Notes: generated by a model from the sequence alone, not told the origin. DNA of 48,377 nucleotides from an uncultured Acidobacteriota bacterium (GCA_913043225.1 CAJWLU010000025.1:1-48377); one strand, 5' to 3'; counted from the stretch's first letter, positions 1 to 9,840 are shown. Numbers and translations: made by a program.

Positions 1-2
1 GC

Positions 3-287
3 AAGTACAACGCCGGCCAGAAGATGTTCTTCTGGGTGCAGAGCGTCCTCAGCATCGTCTTCGTGGTGACCGGGATCCTGCTGTGGTTCCCGGCCGCGTT
101 CAGTCCCACGGTGCTCAACACCGCTCGGTTGCTGCATTACGCCGCCACACTCGGCGGTGGCTTGTTTCTCATCGTGCATGTCTATCTGGGCACCCTGGCC
201 TATCCCGGCACCGCCCGCAGCATGATCGATGGCAAAGTCACCCCGGCTTGGGTGAAGTTGCATCACCCGCGCTGGTCTGGCGACTGA
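3..287 (+). CDS. fdnI: Formate dehydrogenase cytochrome b (gamma) subunit, 5'-truncated by the window edge
   Basis: Frame from nt 3 reads KYNAGQKMFFW...LLHY...IVHVY...GTARSMIDGKV...WVKLHHPRW, matching the FdnI/FdoI C-terminal signature. Lies directly upstream of fdhE. Confidence 0.9.
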   Translation, partial: KYNAGQKMFFWVQSVLSIVFVVTGILLWFPAAFSPTVLNTARLLHYAATLGGGLFLIVHVYLGTLAYPGTARSMIDGKVTPAWVKLHHPRWSGD

Positions 288-298
288 GAGTCCGGCCG

Positions 299-1186
299 AT
301 GGCCGCCTTCACATCGATGGACCTACGAGGCGGTTCGCGCGACCGCATCGATGCCCGTTGGCAGCCACGTGCGCGGCGAGCCCAGCGGTTGATTGAGGAA
401 CGACCGCACTCCGCTGCGCTGCTCGGTTTCTACGTCGCGTTGCTGGAGCTCCAGACTGCGGCCGTCGGTGCGGTTGAGCTCGACGCAGCTCTGGCCGCGG
501 TCACGGCGTCCGATGGACCGCCCCTCCTCCGATTCGAACGGCTGCCACTCGATGTCTGGTCAGTGCCCTTCCACGAGTTCTGCCGACAGATGCCGGAGGT
601 TGCACCTCCACCCGTTGCGGCGGCGGCGCAGGCGCTGGCTCATGCCGCGGCCTACCATCGTGCCGAGGTGTTGCTCGGCGTCCTGGCAGCGGGTGACGTG
701 ACCGGCACCGCCTCGGCGGTCGGCGTCGACCCGGGACCGCTGGCGTTTCTGGGACGCGCGTTTCTCTCTCCGTTGGCCGAACGGCTAGCCGAGTCGGCGC
801 GTCGCGGGAATCAAGACCCTCGGGCCCCCACCTGTCCCACCTGCGGGTGGCCGGCGCAGGTCTCGAAGCTCGAAGACGAGACTGGAGCGGAGGGGAACCG
901 CCGCCTGATTTGCGCCTTTTGCGCGACCGACTGGGTGTTTCCGCGTTCGGTCTGCGTCCAGTGCGGCACCACTGGCGATGAGGGGCTGGAGTTTCACGCC
1001 GATGAAACCCTCACCCACGTGCGGGTGGAGGCATGCCGGAGCTGCAAGCACTACCTCAAGACGGTCGACCGGCGGGTGCTCGGCCTGGCCGACCCGCTGG
1101 TCGAGGACCTGGCCACCCCCGAGCTGGATCTCTGGGCCGCCGAGCAGGGGCTCGAGAAGCGGGTGCCGAACCTGCTTGGGTTCTGA
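299..1186 (+). CDS. fdhE: Formate dehydrogenase accessory protein FdhE
   Basis: Cys motifs CPTCG, CAFC, CVQCG and EACRSCKHYLK; C-terminal EDLATPELDLWA...NLLGF. Start taken at ATG 299; the ORF-track start at 83 overlaps fdnI. Confidence 0.92.
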   Translation: MAAFTSMDLRGGSRDRIDARWQPRARRAQRLIEERPHSAALLGFYVALLELQTAAVGAVELDAALAAVTASDGPPLLRFERLPLDVWSVPFHEFCRQMPEVAPPPVAAAAQALAHAAAYHRAEVLLGVLAAGDVTGTASAVGVDPGPLAFLGRAFLSPLAERLAESARRGNQDPRAPTCPTCGWPAQVSKLEDETGAEGNRRLICAFCATDWVFPRSVCVQCGTTGDEGLEFHADETLTHVRVEACRSCKHYLKTVDRRVLGLADPLVEDLATPELDLWAAEQGLEKRVPNLLGF

Positions 1187-1477
1187 CCGGGTCGGACAAA
1201 GGGGTCTTCCGTCTCGATCGCTAGGCGTCCGAGCCGACGCAAGCTCGGCGATTGGGTTTGCCTCTCGCGGAAATGTGACGGCGCGCAGGGCCCGCGCCCA
1301 GGGCCACTTGACCCTGCCCGCCCGTACTGGCAGCCTTGAAAAGATTCGCACCGCGTGCCCGGGGAAATCCGCCTTGGGGCAAGAGGCAGCGGGGAGAATC
1401 GAGTAACCGGTTATGTCAGCGGTCAACGGGGTGGCCTAATTGCTCCTATCTTCGGTGGCTCGTCTCGGGGTTGCGGG

Positions 1478-2230
1478 ATGAGCGTGGGTGCCTTGGTGGT
1501 CGCCCGTCTCGGCTCGAATCGGCTCCCGGCCAAGAATCTGCTGGACATCCTCGGGCGGCCGATGATCGAGCGCCTGATCCGCAGGCTCCGGGCAGCGCGC
1601 GGTCTCGATCTAGTGGCGATTGCGACCTCGTCGGACCCGATTGACCAGCCTCTCGCTGATCTCGGGGCCCGGCTGGACGTGCCGGTGCATCGGGGCGATC
1701 TCCACAATGTCATGGAGCGGATCCGCACCGCCGCCGCCGAGTTCGGCTGCGACACCGTCGTCGAGGTGCTTGGCGATAATCCGCTGGTGCACTCCGATCT
1801 GGTCGAGGCGGTGCTGGAGCGGTTTCACCAGGAGAACCTCGATTATGCGGCCAACGTGACTCGTGAGTATCCGGACGTGGACCCGCGGTTACGACGCTTC
1901 GTCTCGGGAGTGCGGGTGCAGGCGTACCGGGCTGAGCTGGCGTCCAGATGGTCCGAGTTCCCCGAGTTCGAAGAGCGGGACCTGGGCACCTCTGCCTACA
2001 TCTACGGACAGCCAGATCGGTTCCGGTGCGGATATGTCGAGGCGGTCGGCCCGTGGCGGAGCCTGCACCGGCCCGAGTTGAACCTGGCGGTCAACTATCA
2101 GCAGAACTTCGACTTCGCGAGCCAGGTTTTCTCCGAACTCGGGGGGCACGACGAGAACTTCACGCTGCCCGAGGTCATGACTCTCCTCGAACGTCGCCCC
2201 GACCTCGAGGCTCTCACAGGGACACCGTAG
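1478..2230 (+). CDS. SpsF-like cytidylyltransferase (CMP-nonulosonate synthetase family)
   Basis: ARLGSNRLPAKNL CTP-binding motif, IATS, GDNPL; first gene of the sugar cluster; ATG at 1478. Confidence 0.85.
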   Translation: MSVGALVVARLGSNRLPAKNLLDILGRPMIERLIRRLRAARGLDLVAIATSSDPIDQPLADLGARLDVPVHRGDLHNVMERIRTAAAEFGCDTVVEVLGDNPLVHSDLVEAVLERFHQENLDYAANVTREYPDVDPRLRRFVSGVRVQAYRAELASRWSEFPEFEERDLGTSAYIYGQPDRFRCGYVEAVGPWRSLHRPELNLAVNYQQNFDFASQVFSELGGHDENFTLPEVMTLLERRPDLEALTGTP

Positions 2231-3189
2231 TGTTACGTGCGGCCATCGTTGGCTGTGGGCGAATCGCCGGCGACTGGGATCGTGTGGCAACGTCGGTGAG
2301 GCCACTCACGCATGCGGGCGCCTACCGGGCGCACCCGGACGTCGAGATCGTTGCGGTGACCGACCGCGACCCGGCCCGGGCCCGGGCGTTCGCGCGGCGG
2401 TGGGGCGTTCCTGCCTGGTACTCGGAGCTGTCAGACCTGCTGGATCGAGAGGCACCGGACGTGCTCAGTTTGTGTCAGCCGGCCGAGGCACGTCCTGACG
2501 CCTTCCTGGCCGTGTGCCGAGCCAGGGTCCCCGCGGTCTTCTGCGAGAAGCCGGTAGCCGCCACGCTCGAAGATGCGGTACGTATGAGGGGCGCGGCGGC
2601 AGGGGTGCTCGTGGCAGTGAACTTCTTGCGTCGATGGAACCCGGGGTTGAGGCGGTTGCGCCAGGAAGTGGTTACCGGTCGGTTCGGGCGACCCGTGCGA
2701 GGGATAGTGCGTTACACCAAGGGGCTGCTCGGCAACGGCTCGCACATGATTGATCTGGCCCGGTGGTTCTTCGGCGAGCCCGAGAAGGTCGAGCTTATCG
2801 CCCCGGTTGCGTCTGGCGACGACCCAGGGGCCGATTTCCGGCTGACCTTCGAGAATGGGCTGGAGATCATGTTTCAGCACATCCCTGGCGTGAGCTATGT
2901 GTTCATCGACGTCGATGTAGTCTGCACCGAGGGGCGATTCGTGGTGGAGCAGCGAGGGCAGCTCGTCAGACGCTTCCACACCGCGACGGATCCGGTCTAT
3001 CCGTTCGAGGTAACGGTGCCGGACGGGGCTGACCCGACCGATTGGGATCTCTGCCTGACCAACGCGGTGGCCGATCTCGTCGGATGCCTCCGGAGTGGCG
3101 CGACGCCGCAATGTCGGCTGGAGGACGGGATTCGGGCCATGGAGATCTCAGACGAGCTGATGGCGCTCCGGGGGAGGGTGGCGCAATGA
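2230..3189 (+). CDS. Gfo/Idh/MocA family oxidoreductase
   Basis: RAAIVGCGRIAG Rossmann start, FCEKP, VNFLRRW, NGSHMIDL; GTG start overlaps the upstream stop. Confidence 0.88.
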   Translation: MLRAAIVGCGRIAGDWDRVATSVRPLTHAGAYRAHPDVEIVAVTDRDPARARAFARRWGVPAWYSELSDLLDREAPDVLSLCQPAEARPDAFLAVCRARVPAVFCEKPVAATLEDAVRMRGAAAGVLVAVNFLRRWNPGLRRLRQEVVTGRFGRPVRGIVRYTKGLLGNGSHMIDLARWFFGEPEKVELIAPVASGDDPGADFRLTFENGLEIMFQHIPGVSYVFIDVDVVCTEGRFVVEQRGQLVRRFHTATDPVYPFEVTVPDGADPTDWDLCLTNAVADLVGCLRSGATPQCRLEDGIRAMEISDELMALRGRVAQ

Positions 3190-4472
3190 GCTCGGCGCTG
3201 GCGTTGCTCGGAGGTCCGCCGGTGCGCACCGAGCCGTATCCTGAGCACACGACGATCGTGGATGATGCCGAGGAGCGGGCGGTGCTGCCTGTGTTGCGGC
3301 AGGGGCATCTGTCCGGATTCTCGGCCCGGCCGGGTTCCAGGTTTCTCGGTGGCGAACAGGTTAGGGCGCTCGAGACTGAGTTCGCGCAGCGGTTCGGAGT
3401 CAAGCATGCCGTGACCTTCAACTCCGCGACCTCCGCCCTCCATGGCGCCGTGGCAGCCTGCGGCGTGGGCCCCGGCGACGAGGTAGTGACCTCGCCCTAC
3501 ACGATGTGCGCGACGGCCAGCTCCGTCCTGATGCAGAACGCCATTCCGATCTTCGCCGACATCGAGGACCGGACGTTCGGTTTGGATCCGGCAGCGGTCG
3601 AGGCACGGATCAGCGAACGGACCAGGGCCGTCATTGCGGTGAATCTGTTCGGGCATCCGGCCCGACTGGACGAGCTTCGCGAGATCACCGACCGACAGGG
3701 GGTGCCGCTCATCGAGGATAATGCCCAGGCGCCTGGCGCGAGCTACCAAGGACGGCTTGCCGGCACGATTGGCAGAATTGGTGTCCTTAGTCTCAACTAC
3801 CACAAGGCCGTGCAGACGGGCGAGGGCGGAGTTGCGCTCACCGACGACGACGAGGCGGCCCTCCGTCTGCAGCTGATCCGGAACCATGGCGAAGTGGTGG
3901 TTGGCGAGATCGGCATGGCGGACCTCGAGAATCAGCTCGGCTGGAACTACCGACTGAGTGAGATCCATGCGGCGATCGGTCGCGCCCAGTTGCCCAAGCT
4001 TGATCGGATGAACGAGATTCGCGTCCGGCTGGCCAGGCGACTCAGCGAACGGCTGGCGGTCTACGACTTTCTGGTGCCTCCGCGGGAAGACCCGGGCTGC
4101 ACGCACGGCTACTACCTGTATCCAATGCGGTATCTCGCCGAGGAACTGGGAATCAGCCGAGACCTTTTCCTGCGGGCGTTGCAGGCGGAAGGGGTCTCGG
4201 TGGCCGGCGGCTATGTCAAGCCGATCTACCTGATTCCGATGTACCAACGGCGGCTCGTCTACGGGCGATCCGGTTGCCCCTTTACGTGCGGCCACTACGA
4301 TGGGACGCCGGACTATGAGCCAGGCGCATGTCCGGTGACCGAGCGGTTGTATCGCGAAGAGATGCTGACCACCGACATCTGCAAGTATCCCAATGACGAG
4401 TCGGAGGTAGACGAGTTTGTCGCAGCAGTGGCCAAGGTCGCGGACGGAGCGGGCGCGCTCGCGAAGGTTTGA
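3186..4472 (+). CDS. DegT/DnrJ/EryC1/StrS PLP-dependent sugar aminotransferase
   Basis: NSATSALH, GPGDEV, IEDNAQAPG, SLNYHKAVQTGEGG (PLP lysine), GWNYRLSE; ATGA overlap with the upstream gene. Confidence 0.93.
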   Translation: MSSALALLGGPPVRTEPYPEHTTIVDDAEERAVLPVLRQGHLSGFSARPGSRFLGGEQVRALETEFAQRFGVKHAVTFNSATSALHGAVAACGVGPGDEVVTSPYTMCATASSVLMQNAIPIFADIEDRTFGLDPAAVEARISERTRAVIAVNLFGHPARLDELREITDRQGVPLIEDNAQAPGASYQGRLAGTIGRIGVLSLNYHKAVQTGEGGVALTDDDEAALRLQLIRNHGEVVVGEIGMADLENQLGWNYRLSEIHAAIGRAQLPKLDRMNEIRVRLARRLSERLAVYDFLVPPREDPGCTHGYYLYPMRYLAEELGISRDLFLRALQAEGVSVAGGYVKPIYLIPMYQRRLVYGRSGCPFTCGHYDGTPDYEPGACPVTERLYREEMLTTDICKYPNDESEVDEFVAAVAKVADGAGALAKV

Positions 4473-4479
4473 CCTGGTC

Positions 4480-5535
4480 GTGACGCCGCACCTGCTCGTG
4501 TATCTCCAGGACCCCGGTTCCACCCGCTGTCTCGTCCCGGTGCTGCAGGCTCTGGCCGGTGGTCGGCGGGTGGAGCGCACAAGCTACGTCTTCCATCACA
4601 CAGCCCGGCGGGTCGTCGAGGAGGAAAGGTTTGTGCCCGAGGGGACCGAGTGGGTCGACGGCGAGCGGCTCGACGAGCCCGTGTGGAGGAGCCGACTGGA
4701 ACGCTCCGGGGTGACCCACGTGCTCTGCACCATCGCCTCGCCGCACATGGATCGGACCAATGGGTGGCTGATCGCGGCCTGCCGGGCGAGCAAACTTCCT
4801 TCGCTGGGCATCATGGACCACTGGAAGGGGTTCGATCGGTTCTGTGACGAAGGTGGCAACGCGCGGTATCGGCCTGACTGGATCGGATGTATCGACGAGC
4901 ACATGTGCGGTGAGCTGGATCGACGTTTCGGTGGGGCGGATCGGCTGTTCGCGGTGGGGCAGCCTGCTCTCGAGCGGGTGCGGCCGGACTCCCTTGACGA
5001 GCCGAGACCCGGGTGGCATTCGCGTGTGTTGCTAGTGTCACAGCCAAATGACCGTGACGGTAGTTTTGACGGGATCTTCCTGAAATCATGGGAGGGTAGG
5101 CGACTGATCGACCGACTCGCCGACCTGGCGCCTGACACCGCGAGCCTGACCTATCGGCCGCACCCGAAGGAGAAGCTGGCAACCTTACCTGCCGAGATCG
5201 AGGTCGATACTGACAGCATCGCCGAGATCGGCCGCCGATACGACTGGCTCGTCGGGGTCGACTCGATGCTGATGCTCGAAGGGGCGTTACGCGGAATGCG
5301 GACCATCATCCTCGACTTGCCGGAGCTGGCTTCCACGACCGACGCCCGTGTTCCTTACGAGTACGGTTGCCGTCTGACCGAGCTCGTGCGCTTCCCTGAC
5401 GTGCTTGCCGACGTTCGTCATCCGGCGGTGGTCGACACGGGGCTCCGCCAGATGCGCAGTGCCTTGCGGCATTCGGTGGCCCGCACGGTGGCGCTCGTGC
5501 TATCGCACCTGGATCGAGCCGCAGTTCACGGCTGA
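4480..5535 (+). CDS. Hypothetical GT-B-like protein, candidate nonulosonate/polysaccharide transferase
   Basis: Motifs DPG, DHW..FDRF, PDWIGCIDE, GQPALE, SQP, RPHPKE and VGVDSMLMLEG resemble the HP motif and C-terminal lobe of CMP-sugar/KpsS-like transferases. Start GTG 4480 inferred. Confidence 0.6.
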   Translation: MTPHLLVYLQDPGSTRCLVPVLQALAGGRRVERTSYVFHHTARRVVEEERFVPEGTEWVDGERLDEPVWRSRLERSGVTHVLCTIASPHMDRTNGWLIAACRASKLPSLGIMDHWKGFDRFCDEGGNARYRPDWIGCIDEHMCGELDRRFGGADRLFAVGQPALERVRPDSLDEPRPGWHSRVLLVSQPNDRDGSFDGIFLKSWEGRRLIDRLADLAPDTASLTYRPHPKEKLATLPAEIEVDTDSIAEIGRRYDWLVGVDSMLMLEGALRGMRTIILDLPELASTTDARVPYEYGCRLTELVRFPDVLADVRHPAVVDTGLRQMRSALRHSVARTVALVLSHLDRAAVHG

Positions 5536-5716
5536 GTCCGAGCCTCGGACCAATGCTGGTTCGTCGCCCACCCCACCAGCGGCGTGAGGGTGCCCCGAAC
5601 CCTGAGTGCCGTCTCGGTGACCAGCGCGAGTGTCTGGCGGCTCGGGCGTCGCGACGCGTCCGAACGCGTGTTATAGAATTGAGATGGGATTATGCGTTTC
5701 AGTTGGCTGCCGGCCA

Positions 5717-6793
5717 ATGCAGATGACAATGACAACAGATTCGGGGCCGGTCATTCGGGTGGGAGGGAAAGCGATTTCGCAGACCTCGCCTGCGTTCGTG
5801 GTGGCGGAGGCAGCCTGCAACCATATGAGCCGGATGGACTATGCCGTCCAGCTCGTCGATGCCGCCGCTGAGGCGGGGGCCGACGCCATCAAGTTCCAGA
5901 GTTACACAGCGGAGAAGCTGACCTCGAAGACTGCGGAAGGTTACGGCAACATCGGCACTCAGTCGCAGTACGAATACTACCGTCAGTTCGATCGGTTCGG
6001 CCGTAGCGAGTACGATGAGTTGTTCGACCATGCCCGCGAGAAAGGGCTGGTGCCGTTCTCGACCCCGTTCGACCCAGAGAACGCCCAGATGCTGAACAGC
6101 GTGCAAGTCGATCTGTTCAAGATTGCGTCGTGCGATCTCCTCTACACCGACTTGCTTAGAGAGGTAGCGTGCTTCAACAAGCCGGTCGTGATCTCCTCAG
6201 GAGGCGCGAGCCTCGATGAGATCCGGCGGGCTCTCGACATTTTGGGTACCGCCGGGGCCAGCGAGATCGTGGTGCTGGCCTGCACGATGGCCTACCCGAC
6301 ACGGACCGAGGATGCCCACTACCGAAGAATACTGACGCTGCGGCAGGAATTTCCGGAGTGTTTGGTGGGTGTCTCGGACCACGTCGAGCCGGACCCGCAC
6401 ATGATCACCGGGGCCGTCTGTGTGGCCCTTGGCGCTGTGATGCTGGAGAAGCACTTCGCGCTGGCCCGCGACATGGGGGGTGGCAGTGCCGTCTCGATGA
6501 CCCCGGAGGATCTGAGGGCCTATGTCGCGAATGTGCGCCGGGCCGAAGAATCGCTCGGATCGGACGAGGTGAAGGTCTATGCGGCCGAAGAAGAGACCCG
6601 CCGGAGCGCCAGACGGAGCCTTGTCGCGCAGTCGGATCTCGTAGCGGGCACGCTGCTGAGCCGCGAGATGCTTGGAGTCAAGAGGCCCGGCACGGGGATT
6701 GGCCCGGAGCACATCGACGACATCGTGGGGCGTCGGCTGGTACGGGATCTGGCGTCGGAGGCCCAACTCGAGTGGAAGGATCTCGAACGATGA
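5717..6793 (+). CDS. neuB: NeuB-family nonulosonic acid synthase with C-terminal SAF/antifreeze-like domain (divergent)
   Basis: VVAEAACNH, GADAIKFQ, STPFD, KIAS, SDH, EKHF, RRSLVA, KRPGTGI. Start uncertain (ATG at 5684, 5717, 5723 or 5729). Confidence 0.9.
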   Translation: MQMTMTTDSGPVIRVGGKAISQTSPAFVVAEAACNHMSRMDYAVQLVDAAAEAGADAIKFQSYTAEKLTSKTAEGYGNIGTQSQYEYYRQFDRFGRSEYDELFDHAREKGLVPFSTPFDPENAQMLNSVQVDLFKIASCDLLYTDLLREVACFNKPVVISSGGASLDEIRRALDILGTAGASEIVVLACTMAYPTRTEDAHYRRILTLRQEFPECLVGVSDHVEPDPHMITGAVCVALGAVMLEKHFALARDMGGGSAVSMTPEDLRAYVANVRRAEESLGSDEVKVYAAEEETRRSARRSLVAQSDLVAGTLLSREMLGVKRPGTGIGPEHIDDIVGRRLVRDLASEAQLEWKDLER

Positions 6794-8223
6794 GCGAGCA
6801 ACGGAAGACTGACCGGCCTGCACCTTTGGTGCATGCACCGCGGGCTGACCGGCGTCGCGTCCTTCTCACGGCGGCGACGATGCCGCCGATGGGGACGACT
6901 GCCCTGCACTATGGTGACCTGCGCCCACCGATGGGGCTGGGCTTCATCGCCTCGTTCCTCGAACGACACGGACATGAGGTCAGGATCTGCGACAACTATC
7001 TCGCGCCACTGTCGATGGAGAGTGAGATCGAGGAGTTCCGGCCGGACATCATGGGGTTGTACATGCATACCCCGGGCTACTACATGGCCTGCGACCTGAT
7101 CGACGAACTGAAACAGATCGCTCCCGAAGTGCCGCTCGTGGCGGGCGGGCCGCACGCGTCGCTGCTGCCGCACAACGTTCCGGCCGGTGTGGACTACGTC
7201 TGTACCGGAGAGGGTGAGCACGTCATGCTCGACCTGGCCGAGGGGTGGCGGCCGACCGAGCGCGTCATCGACAACGCTAAGACACAGCGGATCAAGGAGC
7301 TCGACGACTACCCGTTCCCCAATTACGACCATTTCGTCGACAAGGCGTACAACTGGGGGTTCGATATCTACGGCCGGAGTGAGTCGCCGGTCTTCACCAT
7401 GCATACCAGCCGATCCTGTCCCTACCGGTGCACTTTCTGTGGAGTGGCGGCCATCTGGACCCGGAAATGGACCGCCTTCTCCGCCGACCGGATCGTCGAA
7501 GAGATCGATGCCTACGTGGAGCGATACGGGTGCCAGGGCGTATATTTCAGGGAGGATCTCTTCACGACGGACCTCCGACGGGTGGAGCGGATGTGCGACC
7601 TGCTGATCGAGCGCCCCTACGACGTGGTCTGGGCCTGCGAGTCGAGAGCCGACATCACCAGCGAGCGGGTGCTTGAGAAGATGGCTCGTTCCGGCTGCAT
7701 CGGTCTGTACTGCGGGATCGAGAGCGGGTCCACGAGCGGTCTCAAGAAGAAGAAGAAGGATCTGACCCCCGAGACCATGCGGATCTTCTTCACCCTTGCC
7801 AAAAAGTTCAGCATCAACGTCTACGCTACCCTCTGCATGGGAACGCCGACCGAGACCGAGGAAGAGCTCGCTGAGACCGAGGAGTTCTTGGCGGAGGTCG
7901 AGCCGTTCGCGGTCGACCGGTTCGCGTTTCTGGCCCAACCCCGGAGCGAGGACTCAGAGTATGTAGAGCGCAACAAGCTCTTCTACCACAAGGACTCGGC
8001 CGGAATTCTCTACACTGACCGTTTCCGCGAGATGTCGCAGCGGCTGTATCCGCCGGACGACCAGCGCCTGTACTTCCTTGAGCAGCAGCGCCAATTTCTC
8101 GAGGAGAATCGCGGTCGACTCAGTGAGGCAGAGTTGGCGGCGCACCGGTTTTCTCCGATGCCAAGTGAACTAGCCGACGCCGCCACCTCATCGACGGAAA
8201 ACGAGTTCCGCCAAAACCTCTGA
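6790..8223 (+). CDS. Cobalamin-binding (class B) radical SAM protein
   Basis: N-terminal B12 domain (PPMGLGFIASFL, VAGGPHAS, GEGE), TSRSCPYRCTFC CX3CX2C motif, GIESGS, GTPTET; ATGA overlap with neuB. Confidence 0.92.
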   Translation: MSEQRKTDRPAPLVHAPRADRRRVLLTAATMPPMGTTALHYGDLRPPMGLGFIASFLERHGHEVRICDNYLAPLSMESEIEEFRPDIMGLYMHTPGYYMACDLIDELKQIAPEVPLVAGGPHASLLPHNVPAGVDYVCTGEGEHVMLDLAEGWRPTERVIDNAKTQRIKELDDYPFPNYDHFVDKAYNWGFDIYGRSESPVFTMHTSRSCPYRCTFCGVAAIWTRKWTAFSADRIVEEIDAYVERYGCQGVYFREDLFTTDLRRVERMCDLLIERPYDVVWACESRADITSERVLEKMARSGCIGLYCGIESGSTSGLKKKKKDLTPETMRIFFTLAKKFSINVYATLCMGTPTETEEELAETEEFLAEVEPFAVDRFAFLAQPRSEDSEYVERNKLFYHKDSAGILYTDRFREMSQRLYPPDDQRLYFLEQQRQFLEENRGRLSEAELAAHRFSPMPSELADAATSSTENEFRQNL

Positions 8224-8539
8224 TAAGCCGTTGAGGCGGGTTTTGCATGATTCGAGCGGTCATCACTCGTATCCGGAAGGGCAACCGACGCACTACGATG
8301 CTCGGGTGGTCAGTGCGCTGCAGGCGCGCGGGGTAGTCTGCTCCCTGTCGGCAGTGACCGGACTCAAGCTGGTGGGGCCTTGCCATTTCATCTCCGGCGG
8401 GTCACGGTGGGGTGCCGCTCCCCTTCTCGGATACCACCCTGAACCCGGAGCCGGTCCCGTAGCCAGACCACAACGCTGCTCCGAGCCCGCAGAAACGCCT
8501 CCGGACCGGCTGGGCTTGACCTCGCCATGACGAGCGGGC

Positions 8540-8867
8540 ATGTTCGAGACGAGAGGTGGGCCTAATGCGGCCTGTCGTCTTCCGAAGCTCATTAACATCC
8601 TTCGTGGCGACATGAGCTATGTCGGCTTCCGCGCGGAACGGCCAGAACTGCACGAGCAATGCGTGCACGACGAATCGTTGTTTGCTCAGCGCATCAGAGT
8701 GAGTCCCTGGCTTACTGTTGTTGCGCAGGTCTACGCTCCCGCCGGCCGACAAGGTGCGTTACAACCTCCAGTACATGCGGACCGTGAGCCCCACCTTGGA
8801 CACTCGGCTGATGCTCATGTCCGTTCTGAACACTGTGCTTCGCCGCTGGGACCGTAAGGAACACTGA
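8540..8867 (+). pseudogene. Truncated, frameshifted bacterial sugar transferase (WcaJ/WbaP-type phosphoglycosyl transferase C-terminal domain)
   Basis: LPKLINILRGDMSYVGFRAERPE...RIRVSPWLTVVAQVY in one frame. The family C-terminus KVRYNLQYMRTVSPTLDTRLMLMSV...RWDRK continues in another frame from ~8748 and ends at TGA 8865-8867, overlapping the next ATG. The N-terminus is missing. Confidence 0.8.
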
Positions 8868-9835
8868 TGACGATATGGCTTACCGGTGCTGCTGGTTTCA
8901 TAGGCTCGCATGTTGCGGCCATCCTTCTCGACCAGGGCCACGACGTCGTTGGAATCGACGTGCTCAACAACGCGTACGACCCGAAGTTGAAGGACTGGCG
9001 TCTCGCGAGGCTGAAGGACCGCCCGGGATTCACGTTCCACCGCGCCGACATCTGCGACCGTGAGGCGCTGACTACGTTGGTTGCCGGAGCGCAGCCGGAA
9101 GCAATCATTAACCTTGCCGCAAGGGCGGGGGTGCGGCAAAGCGTGGAGAACCCCTGGCTGTACTACGAGACCAACACGGTTGGGACGCTGAATCTGCTGG
9201 AGATTTCTAGAGAGATCGGTATTAGGAAGTTCGTGCTGGCGTCCACCTCCAGCGTGTACGGGGCCCAGCCTCAGCAGCCTTTCACCGAGGACATGCCCAC
9301 GGACCGGCCATTGTCGCCATACGCTGCGTCGAAAAAGGCAGCCGAGGTGCTCGCCTACACCTACCATGACCTCTACGACATCGACGTCACCGTGTTCCGC
9401 TACTTCACCGTGTACGGCCCTGCCGGCCGTCCTGACATGAGCGTGTTTCGCTTCATCCGGTGGGTCGACGAGGGTCTGCCGGTGAAGGTGTTCGGTGATG
9501 GCACGCAGCAGAGGGACTTCACCTTTGTGCAAGACGTCGCGCGAGGGACCGTTACGGGGCTCGCTGACGTCGGCTACGAGATCATTAACCTCGGTGGCGA
9601 TAGACCGGTTCAACTACTCGACGCCATCGGCATTATCGAAGACCAGTTGAGCAGGAAGGCGAACGTTGTGCATGAGGCGCCAAACCCCCTGGACGTGCCG
9701 GCCACGTGGGCCAACGTGGCGAAGGCGCGTGACATCCTCGGCTGGCAACCGCAGACGCCGCTCGAAGAAGGCATCGGAGCAGCGGTCGATTGGTACAAAG
9801 AGAACCGGCACCTGGCGCTCGCCGTCGAGATCTGA
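8867..9835 (+). CDS. NAD-dependent epimerase/dehydratase, UDP-glucuronate 4-epimerase-like extended SDR
   Basis: TGAAGFIG, NLAARAGVR.S, ASTSSVYG, YAASKK, RYFTVYGPAGRPDM, RDFT. Confidence 0.92.
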   Translation: MTIWLTGAAGFIGSHVAAILLDQGHDVVGIDVLNNAYDPKLKDWRLARLKDRPGFTFHRADICDREALTTLVAGAQPEAIINLAARAGVRQSVENPWLYYETNTVGTLNLLEISREIGIRKFVLASTSSVYGAQPQQPFTEDMPTDRPLSPYAASKKAAEVLAYTYHDLYDIDVTVFRYFTVYGPAGRPDMSVFRFIRWVDEGLPVKVFGDGTQQRDFTFVQDVARGTVTGLADVGYEIINLGGDRPVQLLDAIGIIEDQLSRKANVVHEAPNPLDVPATWANVAKARDILGWQPQTPLEEGIGAAVDWYKENRHLALAVEI

Positions 9836-9840
9836 CCGGC

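Noticed and set aside
1187..1477. tRNA-Sec (selC) or another RNA gene after fdhE
   Set aside because: No cloverleaf, TCA anticodon arm or T-loop found; only a short hairpin CCGAGC...GCTCGG at 1229-1248.
2997..4580. 527-aa minus-strand ORF (and similar long shadow ORFs at 6577-7938, 8759-9613, 37565-39877, 40004-40921)
   Set aside because: Antisense shadows of well-supported genes, expected in high-GC DNA; no recognisable motifs.
8231..8530. 99-aa ORF after the radical SAM gene
   Set aside because: TTG start, no motif and weak codon bias; likely non-coding or decayed sequence.
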